Shown one piece after another: positions 58,296 through 64,000 of a DNA stretch of 64,000 bases. This DNA is from Alphaproteobacteria bacterium (lineage in GTDB: Bacteria > Pseudomonadota > Alphaproteobacteria > SP197). Each line of letters begins with the position of its first letter. The first letter of the stretch is position 1. The position numbers and the translations under genes are program-made. Under the pieces are notes generated by a model that was not told where the DNA came from, did not search any database, and was given only the letters and a program-made list of their open reading frames with translations. The stretch is from assembly GCA_964291265.2 (NCBI GenBank), contig OZ219747.1:2912001-2976000 (forward strand), in the 5' to 3' direction.

Positions 58296-59196
58296 GGTCC
58301 CGGGCCTTTCAACCACCCACGCGAGTATAGGGATGTTACTCCCGCCTTCTCTCGCCAAGTGCGTCACGCACCTGGATCGCTCGCCGACCGCAAGGCCTTC
58401 GAGAAGGTGCTGCAGGAAGCACGCACGATCGCCTGGCTCAGACCCGTCGTCACCTTCGATCCGTACCATGCCGCCATCAATATCTCCGACGCAAACCGCC
58501 CCGATGGCCAATCATGTAGAGTGCCCTTCCTACAATGTCAAGCGCATATCTCCAGAGGATTGGAAAGGCAGCCAACGGAACCCGCTCCACCGGACAGAAC
58601 GGTTGACACGCAACCTCGGCGCGGGGTGCCGGATCACGTTGCAGACCCCTCCCCATAAGGCCGGAACGTGGAGCTGAAGCCGAAGATCGATCCGCTTCTT
58701 GTCAGCCGGAACACGCACATCCGGTCATCGGCAGCGAGCAAGTGAAGGCGGCAAGAGAAAATGCCGGATCCGAACCCGTCAGGAAAAACAATTCGTCATC
58801 AGTAAGGGGGGGGGGTGAGTAGATAAGCCGACAGACCGGATCCTGGCATACCTGGGCGACCACGGGCCATGCACCCGCATGGACGTGGTCCGCGGCGCGA
58901 CGGAATACGATCCGCGACGGCCCGGCCGCGGCATGTTCTACCAGAGGATCAAGCGGCGCGAGCGGTTCGGGCTGATCGACAGGGCTATTCTTTTGTCCGG
59001 TTTCGTCCGAAGGGGGGCGTTGTAGGCAGATCTGGAGGTCCATTCGGGACCGGATTTCGTTGTCGATATGCCGGTTCCGACCTCGAGAAGGTGCCACCAA
59101 CTTCAAGAACGGTCACTCTGACGCAGTTGTCCACCGCCGGTCGCGACAACAGAATGGTCCTGCAGCGTCACGTGATTCCCAAGGACCTCGCCAACA

Positions 59197-60190
59197 CAGG
59201 GCTTTGCTTGTCGTCCCGACGCTCGGCGCACGCAGGCTGATTTTGGGGTGGACATCCCGTTTTCGCTGTGGCAGTGTGCCGGCATGACGATGCTTGCGAC
59301 CCCGGATTCCCCTATCGACCTTCGCGAGGTGACGGTGCGCCCGACCCGTGGCGCACGTGAGCACCGGCTCTGGGATCGTCTGGTCAAGGAGCATCACTAC
59401 CTGCGGTTTCACGGCATCATCGGCAAGGGCCTGCGCCATGTCGCCCTGCACGGCGAGACCTGGGTGGCGCTGGTCGGCTGGCAGCCGGGCTCGTTCAAGC
59501 TTGCTGCACGCGACCGCTGGATCGGCTGGACTGCGGAGCAGCAGTTCCGCCGCCTGCATCTGATCGCGAACAATTCCCGGTTCGTCATTCTTGGCCCGAG
59601 AGGGGTGCCGAACCTGGCGTCCCGCGTGCTCGGCCTGAGCCTTCGGCGGCTGTCCGCCGACATCGAGGCCGCGCACGGATATCCAGTGTTCCTCGCGGAG
59701 ACGTTCGTCGACATCAAGCGCTTCGCCGGAACCTGCTATCGCGCGGCGAACTGGCGCTCGCTGGGATTGACGCGCGGCTTCGGTCGCAAGCCCGGCGGCA
59801 CCGCACGCTTCCGTCACCACGGCCAGCCCAAGGAGATCTTCATGTACGAACTGACCGACGCCGCCGCCGAGGCGCTGAGCCGGGACGCGATCCCGGAGAG
59901 CTGGAACGCGGAGCAGCACGACCAAGCCGGACCGATGGCCGCGTCCGGGCTGCGCAGTCTGTTCGCCTGCCTGGGCGAGGTGCCCGAGTGCCGCAAGCCC
60001 CGGGGCAAGCGCTATCCGCTGAGAACCATTCTCGCGATCGCCGTCGCAGCCCGGCTCGCCGGCTACCGCGGCGTGAGCGCATTCGCTCAGTTCGCCGCCC
60101 TGCTCACCCAGGAACAGCTGGCGGCGGTGGGTGCGTTCTACAGCCCGTCGAAGAAGCGCTACACGGCGCCCACGTCCACAACCTTCCACA
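59197..60190 (+). mobile_element. Truncated ISAs1-like element (left end plus 5' part of transposase)
   Basis: Begins CAGGGCTTTG, like ISAs1-family ends; no matching right end found. Confidence 0.6.
59284..60190 (+). pseudogene. DUF4338 (DruA-like) domain fused to an ISAs1 transposase-associated N-domain; DDE core missing
   Basis: HHYL, ARDRWIGW, IANNSRFVIL, NLASRVL, ETFVD, GTCYRAANW, G.TRG, then VPECRKPRGKRYPLRTIL...AP...TFH. Confidence 0.8.
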
Positions 60191-60760
60191 CGGCGGACCA
60201 CCTCGCGGTTCAGAACCCGCGTCATCACCGACGGCGTGCAGCCGTCGCTGCATGTGGACTACAAGCATTCGCGTATCAAGCAGTCCTTCAAGGAGGGCCG
60301 TGCCCTGCGAACGCAGAAGGTGATCAACAACACGTACGACTTCGGCATCAAGCGCAGACTGATCAACCTCGATGACCTCAAGGAGGTCGGCTTCCACGCC
60401 ACCCGACGTCTTCTCGACGTCCAACGCATCAGTCACGACTGTCCGATCGGAGCAGCCACCTTCGATGCCCTGCATCAACCTGTCGTCGTCGACGAACGTC
60501 GGGTATCCGCCCTGCGCTTCGGTGATCCACGCATCCAGGCGGTGCTCGCAGCCATCCTGTTGCATGTCTTCCTCCCCATGGGCTTCAACAATCGCCAGAT
60601 GAGAGAGGCCGTTGCCGATCTCCTGTCGACCGACACCTATGGCTCACGTCAAGCCACCTATGACCTGCGGCGCCTGCGCCTGCGGGGCCTCATCGAGATG
60701 ATACCGTCATCCCATCGCTATCGTCTGACGCAAGAGGGCAGAAGATCGCTCTTGCCGTAA
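60191..60760 (+). pseudogene. Internal/C-terminal fragment of an uncharacterised mobile-element protein with terminal winged HTH
   Basis: RFRTRVIT, IKQSFKEGRALRT, LRFGDPR, GFNNRQMR, TYDLRRLRLRGLIE.IP.SHRYRLT; no start codon, joined in a different frame to the upstream fragment. Confidence 0.65.
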
Positions 60761-61094
60761 GCGTTCGGCCGTGCGGTGATGGCTGATTTTGGTTGGTTTG
60801 GGTCTTGCTGACTATCGTCTGAGAAAGGGCTGGTAACTGCGCTTCTGACATCCCTCCTCGGCGCCATCAGACCGCAGCCATCAATCCACCTCCCGTCAGG
60901 ACTCGGTAAAAATCAGACCTGGGCAGTTACTGTTGAGCTCGACATGGAATGCTATCGACTGGGAGAACCTCAGCCCGCTCGATCGCCGGCTTCCGATCGA
61001 CCATTGACACCGGTGCGGGAAGGTCAGGGGAACTGCGGACACGGGTACAACGCATGAATGCCCGACGTCCGTGGAATCACCCTGGCGCGTCGGC

Positions 61095-61123
61095 TTGCGG
61101 CGTACGGGATGATTGGCTATAGG
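61095..61123 (+). promoter_or_regulatory. Putative promoter for tRNA-Leu/mgtE
   Basis: TTGCGG-N17-TATAGG about 20 nt upstream of the tRNA. Confidence 0.5.
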
Positions 61124-61142
61124 TGCGGGTCTGCCCGTCAAT

Positions 61143-61229
61143 GCGGTCGTGGCGGAATTGGTAGACGCGCAGCGTTGAGGGCGCTGTGGGCGAGAGCCCG
61201 TGGAAGTTCGAGTCTTCTCGACCGCACCA
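61143..61229 (+). tRNA. tRNA-Leu(GAG)
   Basis: GCGGTCGTGGCGGAATTGGTAGACGCGCAGCGTTGAGGGCGCTG...GTTCGAGTC...ACCA; long variable arm. Confidence 0.96.
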
Positions 61230-61271
61230 TTTCAGCACGTGCGCCCGGAATGAGTCAGGGGGACGTGTGCC

Positions 61272-62639
61272 ATGACAGACACATCGACGACCGCCGATCT
61301 CTACGGGCTGACCCCCGATCTCCTTCGGGCGATCATCGACGCCGTCGACGCGGAGGACCTCGTGCGTCTCGAGGCGCTCGTGGTGCCCCTGCATGCCGCC
61401 GACAAGGCTGATCTTCTCGAACAGATGGGCGGCGCACAACGCCGGGTGCTGATCGAGGCCTTCGGTCCGGACATGGAGGCCGAGATCCTCCCCGATCTCG
61501 ATGACGCCGTTCTCGACGACCTGCGCAAGGTACTCGGCCTCGAGGAGTTTGCCCGGCTGGTGGGCAAGCTCGATTCCGATGATGTCGTCGAAGTCGTTGC
61601 CGATCTCGATGGTACTGTCCGTCGGGAGGTGCTGGACGCGGTGCCGGCGCCGGAACGCCGCGCGGTGGAGCAGGGTCTCACCTTTCCTGAAGACAGTGCC
61701 GGGCGTCTCATGCGCCACGGTGTCGTGGCCCTTCCGGCATTCTGGAGTGTCGGTCAGACCATCGACCATCTGAGGCATGCGGCAGATCTTCCCGATGAGT
61801 TCTATGCGGTCTTTGTCGTCGATCCCGGTCACCGGCCACTCGGCGTCATCGCGCTGGCAACACTGATTCGCAGCGACCGCGAGGTCGGGCTGACATCGCT
61901 CGTCGGGAGCGAGCCCTTGACCGTGAAGGCCGATACCGACCAGGAAGAGGTTTCCTGGCTCTTCCAGCAGTACGGACTCTCGGAAGTGGCTGTCGTCGAC
62001 GGCAACGACAGGTTGCTGGGAACCATCACCTTCGATGACATGGTGGACGTGTTGAGCGAGGAGTCGGAGGAGGACGTGCTTCGCCTTGGCGGCGTGGCAG
62101 GCACCGATCTGAATCAGGGGGTGATCGACACCACGCGCAAGCGCTTCTGGTGGCTCTTCATCAATCTCGGGACTGCGGTGCTGGGCTCCGTGGTCATCGG
62201 CATGTTCGAGGGCGCCATCCAGGAGATCGTTGCCCTCGCGATCCTCATGCCCATCGTCGCCTCGATGGGAGGCAATGCCGGCACCCAGACAATGACGGTG
62301 GCGGTCAGGGCATTGGCGACGCGGGACCTTACAAGGGCCAACGGATTGAGGGTGATCGGCAAGGAGATACTTGTCGGGACCCTGAACGGCGTCCTCTTCG
62401 CCGTGATCACCGGACTGGTCGCCTGGGCATGGTTCCAGAGTCCCTTGCTTGGCGTCGTCATCGCCATGGCCATGGTGGCGAACCTTGCCGTTGCCGGGTT
62501 CATCGGTGCGGCCACGCCTCTGGTGCTCGAGAGGTTCGGTATCGACCCCGCGATTGCCGCGAGTGTCTTCCTCACCACGGTGACGGACGTCGTGGGCTTC
62601 TTCGTCTTCCTCGCTCTTGGGGCGCTGCTCCTGCTGTGA
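61272..62639 (+). CDS. mgtE: Magnesium transporter MgtE
   Basis: HAADKADLLE, EDSAGRLM, CBS pair, MPIVASMGGNAGTQ, DPAIA..VFLTTVTDVVG. Confidence 0.96.
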   Translation: MTDTSTTADLYGLTPDLLRAIIDAVDAEDLVRLEALVVPLHAADKADLLEQMGGAQRRVLIEAFGPDMEAEILPDLDDAVLDDLRKVLGLEEFARLVGKLDSDDVVEVVADLDGTVRREVLDAVPAPERRAVEQGLTFPEDSAGRLMRHGVVALPAFWSVGQTIDHLRHAADLPDEFYAVFVVDPGHRPLGVIALATLIRSDREVGLTSLVGSEPLTVKADTDQEEVSWLFQQYGLSEVAVVDGNDRLLGTITFDDMVDVLSEESEEDVLRLGGVAGTDLNQGVIDTTRKRFWWLFINLGTAVLGSVVIGMFEGAIQEIVALAILMPIVASMGGNAGTQTMTVAVRALATRDLTRANGLRVIGKEILVGTLNGVLFAVITGLVAWAWFQSPLLGVVIAMAMVANLAVAGFIGAATPLVLERFGIDPAIAASVFLTTVTDVVGFFVFLALGALLLL

Positions 62640-62654
62640 CGCGCCGGGAAGGGT

Positions 62655-63611
62655 TCAGGTGCCCTGGAGGATGCGGGCGAAGAGATCGCGGTCGATGTTG
62701 CCCCCCGAAAGGACAAGGACGACCTTGCGCCCGGCCATGCGGTCGCGCTCGGCCAGGAGGGCTGCCAGGGGCGCGGCGCCGGCGCCTTCCGCCACGTTGT
62801 GGGTGTCGGTGAAATAGTGCCGCATGGCGGCGCGGATGTCGTCCTCGCTCGTGGTGACGATGCGCTCGGTGCCGGCGTTGATCTCGGCTACCGCGTCAGC
62901 GTGGGGCACGCGCACCGCCATGCCGTCGGCGATGGTGTCGCAACGGTTGGTGGTGACGGGTGTGCCGGTGGCAAAGGAACGGGCGTAGCAGGGAGCATTT
63001 TCGGCCGCCACGCCAACCACGGCGGCGCGAGACGCAAGTGCATCGCGTGCCCTGAGGGTGCCGCAAAGGCCCGAGCCCAGACCGATCGGCACGTAGACCG
63101 TGTCAATGTCATCATGGCTCCGGAAGATCTCGAGACCGTAGCTGGCGACGCCGCACACGAGATCGTCGTGAAACGAGGCCAGCATGTGGAGGCCGTGGCG
63201 TCCGGCGAGATCCCGGGCGTGAACCAGGGCCTCCTGGAAATCGTGGCCATGTTCGATCAGTCCCGCACCAAGTGCGCGCATCGACCTGTTTTTCTCGACG
63301 GAATTGCCGTGCGGCACGACGACGGTTGCCGGGATGCCGGAGAGGCCGGCCGCCAGGGCGACACTCTGGCCGTGATTGCCCCGGGTGGCCGCGATGACAC
63401 CTGGAACATCCGGTTCCCGTGCCTTGAGTCTCTCCATGTAGACGAGTCCACCGCGGATCTTGAAGGCGCCGATCCGGGTGTGGTTTTCATGCTTGACCCA
63501 GATTTCGGCGCCGCTGCGCCGACTGAGCAGAGGCCAGTGATGCAGGGGGGTTTCGGGAACGTGGCGGCGCACAAGCCGCTCGGCCGACTGCAGGGTCTCG
63601 AGAGAGGTCAT
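62655..63611 (-). CDS. PLP-dependent threonine/serine dehydratase family protein (no ACT domain)
   Basis: KHEN...GAFKIRGG, ATRGNHGQS, VPIGLGSG, AEGAGAA, LSGGNID. Confidence 0.88.
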   Translation of the reverse strand: MTSLETLQSAERLVRRHVPETPLHHWPLLSRRSGAEIWVKHENHTRIGAFKIRGGLVYMERLKAREPDVPGVIAATRGNHGQSVALAAGLSGIPATVVVPHGNSVEKNRSMRALGAGLIEHGHDFQEALVHARDLAGRHGLHMLASFHDDLVCGVASYGLEIFRSHDDIDTVYVPIGLGSGLCGTLRARDALASRAAVVGVAAENAPCYARSFATGTPVTTNRCDTIADGMAVRVPHADAVAEINAGTERIVTTSEDDIRAAMRHYFTDTHNVAEGAGAAPLAALLAERDRMAGRKVVLVLSGGNIDRDLFARILQGT

Positions 63612-64000
63612 GGATGGTCTTCCATCATGATGGCATCGAGGGCCGCGGTGAGGCGGTCCACTTCGTCTGCGGTGTTGTAGTGGACGAGGGAACACCGGAC
63701 GACACCGTCGGCAGGGTCGATTCCCGTCGCTTCGAGCACCCTGGGCGCATAGAAGTCACCGGCTCCCGCGACGATGCCGCGGGATTCCAGCAACGCCGGC
63801 ACCTTCTGGCTCGCCATGCCGTCGATGGTGAAACTGAATGTGGGCGCCCGGTCGGCGTTGCCGGTCCGCCGGCGGCCGACAAGACAGACCCGGGGATGAT
63901 CCGCGGCCCACGAGAGAAAACGGTCGCAGAGGGCCGATTCGTGATTCCGGATCAGGTCGAAGACCTGGCGATAGCGAATCGAGGGATCACCGGCCGGTTC
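63608..64000 (-). CDS. Cysteine desulfurase-like / aminotransferase class V protein, 3' end (runs off window)
   Basis: RAPTFSF, GDFYAPR, GVVRCSLVHYNTADEVDRL; ATGA overlap with the dehydratase start. Confidence 0.8.
   Translation of the reverse strand, partial: EPAGDPSIRYRQVFDLIRNHESALCDRFLSWAADHPRVCLVGRRRTGNADRAPTFSFTIDGMASQKVPALLESRGIVAGAGDFYAPRVLEATGIDPADGVVRCSLVHYNTADEVDRLTAALDAIMMEDHP

Noticed and set aside
59248-60375. Druantia anti-phage system
   Set aside because: Only a DruA-like domain fused to a transposase fragment; no DruE helicase or other dru genes in the window
60770-60920. Possible IS end or structured RNA (GATGGCTG/CAGCCATC, CTGATTTT/AAAATCAG)
   Set aside because: Short scattered complementarities with no match to the ISAs1-like left end; insufficient support

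Overview
High-GC alphaproteobacterial chromosome segment. About 32 kb of it (17.3-49.2 kb) is the core information-processing cluster: tRNA-Tyr/Gly, tuf, tRNA-Trp, secE, nusG, rplKAJL, rpoBC, then the str, S10, spc and alpha operons. Housekeeping genes flank it: atpI/atpB, an MttB-family methyltransferase, gph, glmUS, malY/patB, gabD and gor on the left; rarA, crcB, rluC, ATP12, pccBA, acyP, lipB and mgtE on the right. There are two small accessory pockets. The first (10.7-16.4 kb) holds a rubredoxin-MBL fusion gene and a Tat-exported ABC binding-protein pseudogene split by a 2,446-bp IS with 16-bp TIRs and a 5-bp TSD. The second (57.6-61.1 kb) is nested mobile-element debris: an IS1634-like MITE, a truncated DUF4338/DruA-like-ISAs1 fusion, and a fragment of an uncharacterised Rep-like/wHTH family. 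The most striking observation is the 1,611-aa RpoB, whose beta-i4/SI1 lineage-specific insertion appears triplicated (units of about 110, 120 and 120 aa); it also has Glu at the rifamycin-contact position equivalent to E. coli D516. The two tuf copies appear identical and have a strongly G/T-skewed codon usage unlike their neighbours. All calls rest on reading the sequence and recalled family motifs; no database searches were run.
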